From the NCBI RefSeq assembly GCF_033153115.1, contig NW_026889793.1, positions 186,001 to 250,000 on the forward strand: DNA of 64,000 bases, in the 5' to 3' direction. Position numbers and translations under genes: made by a program. Below, piece by piece: positions 37,791-50,100 of the stretch. The notes beneath the pieces were generated by a model. It saw nothing but the letters and a program-made list of their open reading frames with translations, made no database searches and was not told where the DNA came from. How positions within the stretch are numbered: position 1 is the first letter of the stretch; the number at the start of each line of letters is the position of its first letter. Source of the DNA: Saccostrea echinata. Its lineage: Eukaryota.

Positions 37791-39554
37791 TGTCACCTTT
37801 TACTCTCGTCTAAATGATGTCAAAGAAGAATTGCATTTTTTTTTTAGGATTTCACTTCTCGTGTACATGCTAATTAAGCATTGTTATTTCAAGCAGTGTT
37901 GTTATTTATTCACTTATATTAAATAAAGTAATGAAGGTAAAAGTTAAGCGTGTTTTGATGTTATTTATATTAACATTCGGTATGAATAACATTCTATCTT
38001 AAGAAATATCAATACACTTAATTTTAATTGACCCCACATTGATGTTAATTTCATCATGGAAGTTCCCTTAATAATCCCTAAAGATACACTATACCTGTGC
38101 AGGGATTGCTTTAATGTGTTGGGAGATTAAATGGACGTTCCGTTTCTAACTTGCACATTTAGAGAGAGTCTTGATATCTTGAAAATTTTCTGTAAATTTT
38201 TTAAATGAATTCTTTTCCTTAAAAAGAAAAACTTTCTTACTCATTTCTAAAATCATCTGAACACTTTCATTTATTTAAGCATACATATAATAAATTGGCC
38301 AATGATTATCTTTAATTTGCATGATCTGCATTAAATTGTATAAACAACAAGTATGAATCATTTTTCATATCTAAAAGCATTGACAACAAGACAAAATATA
38401 TATCAGTTTACTTTAGGAATTATATTTTTCAAAATATTTAAGAATAAATACATGGTACGTCACTTTTTTATTCAGTTCTTCTTGACCTTATTACTGTACA
38501 ACGTAATTATGCAAATTTTTCTTCATTTATGTACATTCGTGAACTTACATCGACAATAAATTATGCATTCTAACATATCACACATACAATAAAATACCTA
38601 TAAATACTGAGAATAATTAAGTAAAAAACGAAATAAACTTGATACTGGATACACTAAAAGGGCCCTGTACATAATAACTATTTCTTTATCATCATGTCTA
38701 TGTATTAAAACCTAATAAAGCAAAATTTTTTAGGGGAAAAGCCATTTAGAAGGCATCTGCAGGGAAGTAATCTTTGAAAACAATGGATATTCTTCGGCTT
38801 TTCAGTATAAGAGGCATTGTTTCGAATGTAATATGGAATATGGAATAGAATGGGAGAGTTCTTTAACCAAACCCGCGACAGGAACTATTCCCAATAACTG
38901 AGGGTTGAATAGCACATTATAAACCAAGGGGTGTTGCTTTCTGGAACTCTTTAGTGTTTGAGAAGTTGCCAACCAATCATATTGCAGGAAATCAATATTG
39001 GCGGCCAAAATTTTAATGAAAATTTTCCGAGGGGTGGATAGAACAAACTATAGCCCGGGGTATAGCTTTCTATAAGTGAAAAATTTCACACTACAAGAAA
39101 TAGATATTTTACCTTCTTAACATTACAAAGAAAATATTCTAACAGAAGTACATGTATAACTCTGTTTTTGTCTGAAAAGGATACAAAGAATAACTGCTTA
39201 TGTCTCCAAATGCACCCAAGTATATATATATATATATAAATTAACAAGATACCCTTTCAGATATATCACTTTTTTTTATTCGCGGGAACTTTATTTTCGT
39301 GTAATTTCGCGAGATTGTCTGCTCGAAAAAAATTCCTCGTATATTAATATGATTATATACAACAATAACTAAGTTGGTGAAAATTTTGTCTTCTTATACC
39401 AAGCAAATAATTTTGTGAAAATAAAGTGTCTCAAAAATCTGGTTATCCAGAGTATTTTTCTGAATATTTTTTTTCCGTGATCAGTTCAACATTCATATAT
39501 CATCATGGCTCTATCTGTGCAGAGCTTGTGACCATAATATTTTTTATTTCCATA

Positions 39555-41505
39555 TTTAAGCTCAACTTGGCCAGAGGCGTCTGGAACAATTTATTCTACG
39601 CCTGTTTGTATGTTTGTGTGTACGTATGTAAGCAAGAGTATTTTTTTCATTTTCATCTGCTCCAAAGACAGAATTGCTTCTCAAAAGAAGGGGATTCAAT
39701 ATTTTTAAAAAATCCATGTTTTCTTTTTAGAAGGACATGAAATGTAGAAGTCATTTAAAATTTTCACAAAAAGTACTAGGCCAGACTCAAGTCTGTACAA
39801 ATGAAGGAAATGATTAAGAAATATTGAAGAGGGTGGATGCTTTTCAAATCTTCTTCTATAGAAACACTGGACCTGAAAATATCAAAGCTACATAATCATT
39901 ATAAAAATAACAGTGTAAAGTTTTTAGCTCACCTGAGCCGAAAGCTCAAATGAGCTTTTCTGATCACTGTTGTCCGACGTCCGTCTAGCTCACTGTATGT
40001 CCGTCCGTCTGTAAACTTTTTGCATTTTCGACTTTTTCTCAAGAACCACTTAACCATTTTCAACCAAAGTAGGTAGAAAAAATCCTTGAGTTCAGACAAT
40101 TATTGATTATTTCAATGAAGGGCCAAGCCCCTTCCAAGGGGAGATAATCAAGAAAATGCAAAAATAGAGTAAGACCACTAAAAATTTTCTTCTCAAGAGC
40201 CACTGGCCCAGAAAAGGTGAAACTTATGTGGAAGCTTCTTTAAGTTTAGGAAATGTATATTCTAAATTGTTCAAATCATGACCCTCGGGGGCTAGGGTGG
40301 GTCCACTATATGGAATGAAAGTTTTGCATTGAAATATATAAGAAAAATCTATTAAAATCTTCTCCACAACTACTCGGCCAGAAAAAGTGAAACTTAAGTG
40401 GAACCTTCCTGAGGAAGTGTAAATTCTAAATTGTTCAAATCATGATACCCTGAGGTAGAGTGGAACTTAAATAGGGATGAAAAGAAAAATCGTCTTCTCA
40501 AGAACAGCAAGGCCACGATTAGTAATATTTAAAAGGAAGAAATCTCGGGTAGTGTAGAGTCAGATATGTTCAAATCGTGACCACAGGTGATACGGTTGGG
40601 TCACAATATGTGATCAAAGTTTTACATAGGAATAACAGCAGGGCATGGTGACAGATGAGCGTTTTGGTCCATGGGCCTCTTGTTCAATATTCAAGTTTGT
40701 TTAAATCATGACCCTTTAGTCTTAAGTATTGCAACAATAAAGGTTAAAGATTCCTCTCAAGAACAGCAAGGTCAAAATTGATGATATTGATACACAATAC
40801 ACTTTGTCTTAAAGGCTAGGGTTGAATAACAACTGGTGGTCACAATTCTACATGTGAATACGGGATATTGGCTCTTCAAGAACATGAGCCATAATAATTA
40901 GTCATCTTGATTTGCAGGTATCCTTATGTATTGAAGATTTAAGTAAAGTATTTAAATCGTGGCTTATGGGACTAGAGTTAGGTAATAAAAAGAGTACATG
41001 TGATTGCTAATAAATATGAATATGTATGGAATATGAACAGCGGCTCAAAAATAATCATGCTAAGATAGGGTCACAGAAGGCGGGAAAAGTTTAGCACAGA
41101 AATATTTCATGTTAATTTTGTAGACATCTGCAGCAACGACGAGGCTACAATTTGTTTATCTGACATTTATAATCTCAACACTATAGATTCCTTAAGTATT
41201 TTACCCGAGTACTTAATTTCCCAAAAATGGCCCAAAGACGTTGAATTGCGAGAATATGAATTGGCAAGTGGATTATTCATCAAGAGTTTTTACTTGTGTT
41301 TCAGCAATGTAAAAATATTTTTTTTATTTTACGATATGTGATTCTCGCGAAATTACGCAATAATAAATTCCTCGCCTATATCTTTAGGAATCTGTAATTA
41401 TATATTGTTATTTAATACTGTTAAAAATCATGTGCAACATGTAAAATTGTATTTATTTAAGAGATAGCTGATTGCAGATGAGTGTTGTGGCTCACGGGCC
41501 TCTTT
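39555..41505 (+). mobile_element. Older Helentron-like (HINE) element hosting a nested copy
   Basis: Degenerate 5' end TTAAGCTCAACTTGGC with a GT-rich microsatellite, satellite-like units, and 3' end CAGATGAGTGTTGTGGCTCACGGGCCTCTTTT. Confidence 0.55.
39921..40684 (+). mobile_element. Helentron-associated non-autonomous element (HINE) with central ~165-180-bp satellite units
   Basis: 5' TTTTTAGCTCACCTGAGC, a (GTCC/GTCT)n tract, repeated TTCTCAAGAACCACT...TGTTCAAATCATGACC units, and 3' CAGATGAGCG...GGTCCATGGGCCTCTTGTT (subTIR plus short hairpin). Confidence 0.8.
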
Positions 41506-43097
41506 TTGAACCAATGAGATTTGTCTCAAGAAGAGAGGAATTAACATGTTCTTCTGGAATTATCTTAAATAGATTGTACGAATCTTGCAATTGTGTAAAG
41601 TCATCGCCCAGAGACAACCATTAGGCTTAAAACAAATTCCAAAATTTAATAGTAAATAAAAAATAGCATAAAATACGTGATAATTTCTGTTTTTCAATTT
41701 TTCTCATCCTTAAGCACATTCTATTTTTTCTTTACCGTGTTCACTATTTTAGCGATAATTGTCGATCTTCGGGTTACCCGGTCCATTTTAAGATATTTAC
41801 ATAATGACGGAATCACTCAGAAATTAATTTTCTCTGCTTTTCCTTAAGACATTTCGCATTTAATCAATTATTTGTAACACTATTAAGCGTGTAGGAGAAC
41901 CAGCCAATCTTTATATATGGCTTACTGCGCGAGGTATAAATGACCTCTGGCTATGTTTACAAATACACAACACATGGGGCACATCATCGATATCATTATC
42001 GCTTTAGTCGTCAATCAGATTTGATGACTGAGAACTTCCTGGGTTAAGCCAGTCTTCTGTTATAATAACAAGTGTCCCCATTGTCATCTCGAGGTGTTTA
42101 ACTAGGTGCGGATAATGGTTTCAATCGATCAGAAGCGCCATCTAGCGGTTAATATCTGATATTATCTCTCGACCCAATTTATTGAGATACTGAAACTACA
42201 GACCTGTTGAAGCGACACTGAACGGTCAAACGTTCCCGAACTAGATGTTGGACAGGGCATTCATACCTACTTTTCTTTTCTGACATATGTCAATATTTCT
42301 TTGGGGGGGGGGGAGCAAGGCTTTGGAGGGGGAGAGGTAAAACTAGTTTCTTAAATATGAATCAAGGTTGAACAAATAAAACATCTCTATCCTTAAATAG
42401 AACATTGAAGACAAATTGATCAGGAGAGAAACGAGGGACAGTCTCTTTTAGTTTTATATGTGAAAGTGGAGACGGGCAGAGTTGGAGAGACCGAGATAAG
42501 TTGCCATACATGTACATGTTTGTCATATATATATGTAATAACAGAATCAAAGAAAAGATATTAAGAGACCAGCCAACTTGCCCCTTTTCCCCAAAATTAA
42601 GGTTTTTCGTTTGCTTTTTCAAAGCTTGATTTCTTTCTTTTGAATAAGCTTTTTATGCCCCTGACATGAAATTGCAAGGGCACAAAGTGTTACCCTTAAT
42701 TCCATCCGTCAATCCGTCATAATTATTTTCAGGAATTCTTATGCCGTGCTTGTATATAACAGGGTAGTTATTGGTACTTGTATGTTTTTTAAATTAATGA
42801 AAAAATTCTGACAAGCAATAAAAAAAAGATAAAATAAATAAATAAATCCGTCAAAATCCTGGATTTTGCCAGTGCTCGACCTAACAACATCAAAAAATGG
42901 AGGTGGGGGATGGGGGGGGGGAGCAGCATCTAACGGAAAATTAACTAGAGCAAAGTACTGTATTCAGAAAAAGTGTGGGCCCCCCTGCCCCCCCCCCCCC
43001 CCACCCAGCGTTCTACGGGCCTGTTTTATGTTAACCCATTTTAACGAAAGAACTTGCCCTGAGACTTTGAAAATTTCTGATAATTCATTGCTTTCTA

Positions 43098-43965
43098 CGG
43101 AAGCCCGTTGAGGCCATTTCAGAGAAAGAAAATATTTTTATTGCGTTTAAACGCAATAATTATTGTGTTAAAACGCAATTATTATAATTATATAGTTAAA
43201 CGCAAAACATTGCGTTAAATCGCAATAACATTGCGTTTAAAGGCAAAACATTGCGTTTAATCGCAATGTATATTGCGTTTAAACGCAAAACACTTTGCCT
43301 TTAATCGCAAAAGATTTGCGTTTAAACGCAAAAATTTTGCGATTAATCGCAATACTTGAATCATATGAGATCAAAATCAAAATCAAATGAAAACAGATTG
43401 ATCGATGTGTACTACCAAATTGACCAGTACTATTAATACCACTGAAACGTTTTTAAGTTTTTAATTAGCTGTGATACGTAAGCAATTGATCAAAGGCTTC
43501 ATTTAAAGTGTTGGGTTCTAATACGTTTAAGTCATTCTGGTTGTTAGGATACCATTATTTTACTACAAATCTCCAAAACTGGACATTTTGCAAAAAAGTA
43601 ACAGTGTCGGATCCTAGTAATTATAAGCTTTGGCTAATTGATGTCTGATTTTAAACTACAGTATCATTGCGTTTATATGCAAAACAAATCCTTAAAAGAA
43701 GGGATTATTGCGTTTAAACGCAACATAATTGCGCTTAAACGCAAAAATATTATTGCGTTTAAACGCAAAATGTTTAATCGCATAATTATTGCTTTTAAAC
43801 GCAAAAGATTGTGTTTAATCGCAATCGTTTGCGATTAAACGCAAAGTGTTTTGCGTTTAAACGCAATAGACACTGCGATTAAACGCAATGTTTTGCGTCT
43901 TTATTATTGCGTTTAAACGCAATAAAAAATATTTCTTCCTCTGAACTGGCCTCAATGGGCTTCCG
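43098..43965. mobile_element. Foldback MITE with long TIRs, TA TSD and arrays of the palindrome TTGCGTTTAAACGCAA
   Basis: TA-CGGAAGCCCGTTGAGGCCATTTCAGAG... and ...CTCTGAACTGGCCTCAATGGGCTTCCG-TA. About 10 palindrome units lie in the left arm and about 12 in the right. Confidence 0.9.
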
Positions 43966-44618
43966 TAATGCCCTGGATTTTTATTTTGTTGCTGTGCTTG
44001 TAGAAAATAATTAAACTGCATTTTGATGTGTATATTAATGACTTACATATCACGTTCGAATTTTATATCGATTGACCAATTTCCACGAAAGTTGCTGACA
44101 TTAGAATTTAAAAATTTGTAATCATTCAATTTTATCCGAACATTTTTTTGTTTTGCTGTGCTTATAGACAACGAGCTGAGTTTTGTTCTGTTTCCTTACA
44201 GTTCCAGTTCGAGTTTCATGAGTGACCCATTTTCACATTTTCTGAGTTGCCAACCCGAAAAATTCGTTATCTACCACTGGTATATAGCTCTTTAATCTGT
44301 AAATTTCTCCTTACGAAATCTTTCTAGCACGGGTATTGGAATGTGCACCCTTGACATATATGAAATAGACTGAGACACAAATGTAGAATATTATTACATA
44401 ATGTAAGATGATAGTACAATGATCAAATTATTGTCTGTTTAATAGACGTGACATGCGCATGAAGCGTGAAATTGATTGTTGTATGACATCACATTTTATG
44501 ATAACTACGAAAAAATTTCAGGTGTCAGTATTTAAATATTAAATAAATTTATAAAGAAAACTTTGATGCCCGAAAAAAAAAAACTGGTACCTCTTATCTC
44601 ATGACAACTGAATAAATA

Positions 44619-44777
44619 NNNNNNNNNNNNNNNNNNNNNNNNNNNNNNNNNNNNNNNNNNNNNNNNNNNNNNNNNNNNNNNNNNNNNNNNNNNNNNNNNN
44701 NNNNNNNNNNNNNNNNNNNNNNNNNNNNNNNNNNNNNNNNNNNNNNNNNNNNNNNNNNNNNNNNNNNNNNNNNNNNN
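44619..44777. other. Assembly gap
   Basis: Run of N. Confidence 1.
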
Positions 44778-45274
44778 AAGATTTTTTTTAAATCAATGAC
44801 TGCATACTCGTTCCAGAATGTCGTGTTTCTCCCCTCAGGCGATTAGGGCGAAGGTCGACTGGTCAGCTATTACAGATGACCTTGTGTCGGACAGTGCCCT
44901 GAACAAATTGTTGGTTTGGGAGTTAGGACAAAACAACTGCATTTTATGTTGATATAAAGTAGTGCAAAAAAAAAAAAAAATAAATAAATAAAATATACAA
45001 TGATAAAAATGCACCTATCTCTACAGATTTAAACGTTTGAAAATTTAAAAACTTAATATAAAATATAGATTGTAAATGAACTGCTTCATCAAATGTTATA
45101 ATTAGCATTTTGCATATTCATTCAATTTCATGAATATTTAAATTACGGATATTCCTTCAAGAGATATAAACAGCGCCATCATAACATTTTCCGAGTACTC
45201 AAACTAATAATATTCACATCGGAAAAATTTAGATACTAGCATCAAGTCCACGAGTTGTATATTGAGTGTAAGAT

Positions 45275-45398
45275 TGTCATGTAAGTTTTGAATTTACCAG
45301 GTGGCAGTAAATATACCAAATTTACATGACAAGTTGTGATGTAATTTTTCTTATTTACTGCCACCCGGTATAAATTAAAAAAAATTTAGAACATGACA
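45275..45398. repeat. Local inverted repeat
   Basis: TGTCATG...TACCAGGTGGCAGTAAATA versus TATTTACTGCCACCCGGTA...CATGACA. Confidence 0.7.
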
Positions 45399-46685
45399 GG
45401 ATGTTACTTTGATCTGGTTAGTGATCAGAGGGTTTATGAACCTTAAGCATGAAAAAATAGTCGAATAAATTTTACTCTTTCTTATTAAAAAAAAAAAACA
45501 CGAAGAAACAGTGATTTGCACAAATTATAAGGAGTTCATACTCTTGGTTACGATTTTCTGACAGCGAAAGAATGTCATTTGGTAAAGTTCGGATAATTTC
45601 ATCACGGACGTATACTTTATAGTATTTATTTACTTGGATACTGAAGTAGCATGTAAGAGAAAATACATTGTAGACTGACGTATAGAAAACAATCGATACC
45701 TTTACTTAGCCTTGAATTTCACAAAGAATCGCAGGTTTCAAGAAGACGTAAGTTTGACCGATAGTCCATCATTTTTCTTGTCAATCTGTCATTGCGCGCA
45801 TGCACAAGAAGATGCATTTACTAACTGCCCTGCACGTTTGGCGCTTTTCTCTCGACCTTCACAACATGCTTGCACGTCCATTCAAAAACAATTTTGCAAG
45901 AAGATTATTGTGTGGGTTGGGAAAAATCGGTTTGACCGCAATGGATATCACAGCTGTTCGGCGGATCTTTCATCCAAAGGCAAACTTTGAACTTTTACTT
46001 AGAGAATGGCCAATGACTTCTTGTATAGTGTACCTGGTCACCTTGTTGTTTTCAACAACGTAAGGTTTTTAAAGACGCTTTTTTTCCAAATTAAAAAAAG
46101 AATGCATAATAATAATAATCAGATTCTTTTATATAAATACATAAATCTATAAGAATTGGACGCTAATGTTGCAGAGTAAAATTTTTTGTTGAATAAAACT
46201 TGAATTCTCCAAATCAATTGGACTAAAAAAAAATAAAAATCCTCTGTGATATATCATATATGTGCATTTTCTTGTTTTGCTTGGCACTCACATAAATAGT
46301 TTGATTTTATTTTGTAAATTTGAATTAGTTGTGTCTATATTTCTCATTTTGTTTTTAAATTTGGCCCAAATTATTGTCCACAATTTTATTTCTTCAAAAG
46401 AATAGGATTTCTAAAAAATATAATATGTGTTACATGAATCTAAAATATGAGAAGGGGGCACTAAAAAGTGCATACGTGTAACAGAAATTTTTCTCAAAAT
46501 AAGGAGTCTAAAAATGGATAATAATGTGCAAGAATTTAACGATTTAATGAAGTAATCAAGCTACAGATCTTGAAATCACTGAATTTTTTTCTGCATAAAT
46601 AAATATATTTTTATAAACGTACAAAATTAGAACAATTGTAGAATTTGTTAATACAACCTTAATCCTGCTATATAACAAACACATT

Positions 46686-48005
46686 TATTATATGATTGAA
46701 TAATTCCCCTCTTTCTGATTGGCTGAGATCCAACAATGTTAGAAAAATACTACATTATATTGACCTGCACGTGATCTTCCAGGTCAATATAAGGAATTAT
46801 TTATTCTACATTGGACTAAAAATAGATAGGGAAATTCCAAATTAATGCAAATAGTTTTGGAAAGTTATTTCACTTGCATATGACATCCACTCATATGAAC
46901 ATAAAATTAAGGCACATAGATTCTTGGGTGAGGGGTCGGGGGGGGGGGGTGCAGGATTCCTGCCCCTCTCCCCACCTTTTGAGAATGTTAAGTTTTAATT
47001 TAAATTTTAAGGATAAAAAATTTCATTGTAAGCCCCCCTCCCCTCGAAAAGTTTATGTACCTTTACATCCCACCAAATAAAATTTTGATTTGGGAGAATT
47101 CTATTCCTTTTGGGGGGGGGGGGGGCTAGTCAAAGATTTGTTTTCAGGTACGTTGTCAATTTTTTTTTCTTTATATGCCCCCTTTTTCAAAATTAATCCT
47201 ATATATGTGCCTGACATTTATTTTTCTACATTGCACCTAAACTAGAATTAAAAATTTCAAAATAATACAACTGTTTTTTTTTTTAACTCTGTTTCTCTGA
47301 TATTCGGCTAGTACTTCAGTAGATGTGAACAAGTAAGATGGCACGGATTGCTTAATGAATGTGTGTCATTTAATCATTGAATCATATAATAAAACAATTA
47401 TTGCTGTTTTTTCGGTCAATACGATGATTTAGCCACCTTCGAAGTACAATATTCACCTCGCCCTTCGGGCTCGGTGAATATTGTACTCCTCAGGTGTCTA
47501 AATCATCGTATTGACCTCAAAAACCAGCAATAATTGTATATTATTATATGATTGAATAATTTCCCTCTTTCTGATTGGCTGAGATCCAACAATGTTAGAA
47601 AAATACTACGTTATATTGACCTACACGTGACCTTCCAGGTCAATATAAGGAATTATTGCAGGTCAATATAATGAATCACGTGACCTTCCAGGTCAATATA
47701 AGGAATTATTGCAGGTCAATATAATGAATTATTCCTGTTCCATTTTTTCATGTTACAATGTGTTCTTGTTGAAATTTCTCGTTAAAACTTTCAATTAAAG
47801 CAAAAAAAAAAACAACAGTCTTGTAGGAGTTTGCTATCATTTAATCATATAATAAAACAGTTATTGCTGTTTTTTGAGGTCAATACGATGATTTAGACAC
47901 CTTCGAAGTACAATATTCACCTCGCCCTTCGGGCTCGGTGAATATTGTACTCCTCAGGTGTCTAAATCATCGTATTGACCTCAAAAACCAGCAATAATTG
48001 TATAA
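46686..48005. mobile_element. Head-to-tail dimer of a non-autonomous element ending in a ~150-nt hairpin
   Basis: The head TTATATGATTGAATAATT...CTGATTGGCTGAGATCC occurs at 46688 and 47544. The hairpin centred on GCCCTTCGGGC occurs at ~47390-47540 and ~47855-48005. Confidence 0.8.
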
Positions 48006-49629
48006 TACTTTTAATTTTCTCGGAGATTCTCCATGCAATATACATTTGAAATACAGCTGCGACGAATTCGAATGAAAAAAAGAGATGGAACAAACCTGAA
48101 AGGGTCGGGTTATAGGACATTATAAATAAAACTCAAGGGAAATTGGTTTTTCCATTTAAGACGAATTCCCATTAACCCCTATGTACTTTTGTAGTTCCAA
48201 TTATAGCATAATAAAATGATTGTAATCAGGGCCTACTCGTTGTTTTAAACGACACGATCATTTAAAAGATAATGGATGATCTGAAAGACACAAAAGTATG
48301 GAGACGTTTTTCACCACACGTAGATATATATTGAAGTGAGAAGTGCAAAAACTATGACGAGGGAAAAAAAAGTCGCATCGGCTGAACGAAACAACATTTA
48401 GATAGCGCGATGTACATATGTACATTATATAGTGTAAAGCTTCTTGTCTCCGTGAAATTGCAAATGCAAAAGAAGCACATGAAATGATATTAGAAATTTA
48501 ACTGATTTTGCATATAGCAGCATTTTGTTTGTCAAATGTTTTGTCCACCCCAGCCCCACGCCCACTAGTACTTTTTCAAAAACATATACACGTACGTGCC
48601 TGGGCATATGCAATCGGAATACAATGACAAGCAAAAAAGGGCATCATACTACATGGATATTATTCAGGGGACACAATGTTAATTATCATGGATTGTCTAT
48701 TTTTAGCATACATGAATATTGCCCAAATAAATCGAGGGGGAGGGAAGGGACACGAAATTTCCCTCCCCCACAGTTCTGCAGTAAGTAATTTATTTAGCTG
48801 ATATTTATAATTTTCAAGTCAGAGTGAATTAACTTCAGATCTTGGGAAATATTGACCTTGTAATGTTATTTTCCTTTATAGGAATGGCGACAATTACCTA
48901 TCTGTCCAGGCTGTTTGAGATGATTATAATCATCTTACTCGGTTTATTATGTAATTTTTCTCTTCGTAACTAGCAATATGACATTCTCACGACAGTTGTC
49001 AAGAAAGCTTGGCCAAATGTGACTTCTACCTGGTGGTCATATGGTGATGAAAATGCTTATAGTGCAATTCACACGATAAACAGTTATACGGTCAATACAC
49101 CGATATATTTAAGATCTAAAGCAATGCTGCTTGTTTGTCTCCGTGTTAAATGTAGATATTCACGTAAACTGTTTTTTTTTTTTCGATATTATTGAATATC
49201 TGGTGACATATAGACCATTCATTCCCTGACTGCTTTAGGCAAGTAAGAAACAATTTCAGTATATATAGGGGAGAGGGGGCACTAACGAACGGAAATTCTT
49301 TGATAGGCACAAAAAAGTCATCAGTCGTTAATATAGAAGGTCTTCTTCCATTGGGTTTGTATAGTTTATGCTGACAAAATACCCCCCCCCCCCGCTTTTC
49401 CCTCTTCCAAACGGCCAATGCTTGTGCTGAAATAACTGATACATGTAATTATTATGTTATTGGGTTGTTGGGTATTGTTTGAACTTATTTTTTCTCTGTT
49501 CATGGTCTGGGCATGGTCTTCGTACGTTCATTTTGAAATGAAGCGCAATCATACTGAGCTTCCCTCTTTCCAATTAAACGTTATAGCAATTTTGATTGCA
49601 ATTCGTCCAGTGATTTCAAAATGAGATAA

Positions 49630-50100
49630 CAATTAAGATTTATTACATTTTCAACAGTGAAATACTGAGATTTATTTATTGAATAAAAGTGATATTTTCT
49701 CACAGTGTGAAAGGAAAGTAAGTAAAAAATAATTTCTGGCGTGTCATAAGATAGACATAGTAACTAAACATCTAAATAGAGCTAAAACTGCAAATTTCTT
49801 CCCAAATATGTTGTTAAAATCCATGCTATGTAATGTTTTCAATCTCACAACTGCTAAGCTATGACGTCTCAACCGCTCAACTATGACGTCAAGCCTATGA
49901 CACTGTGTTAAGAAAAGAGAGAGGCAAAGGGAAAATCAAAGAAAATGTAATAAACAGAAAATTCAATGTTTTGTAGATGAATATGGAATTTATTTCACTC
50001 GTGAGATAAGATTCGCACTCGTGAAAATATCAAAAAATCCTGTCCCACTCGTGAAATAAATTCCATATTCATCTATAAAACATTGAATATCCTCCATATA
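49630..50100. mobile_element. Non-autonomous element with terminal 38-bp inverted repeat (possibly Crypton-like)
   Basis: ATTCAATGTTTTGTAGATGAATATGGAATTTATTTCAC (49961) versus GTGAAATAAATTCCATATTCATCTATAAAACATTGAAT (50051), with CACTCGTGA x3 between. Confidence 0.6.

Noticed and set aside
43140-43925. Regularly spaced palindromes resembling a CRISPR array
   Set aside because: Spacers are only ~4-6 nt, the arrays sit inside TIRs with a TA duplication, the context is eukaryotic, and no cas genes are present.
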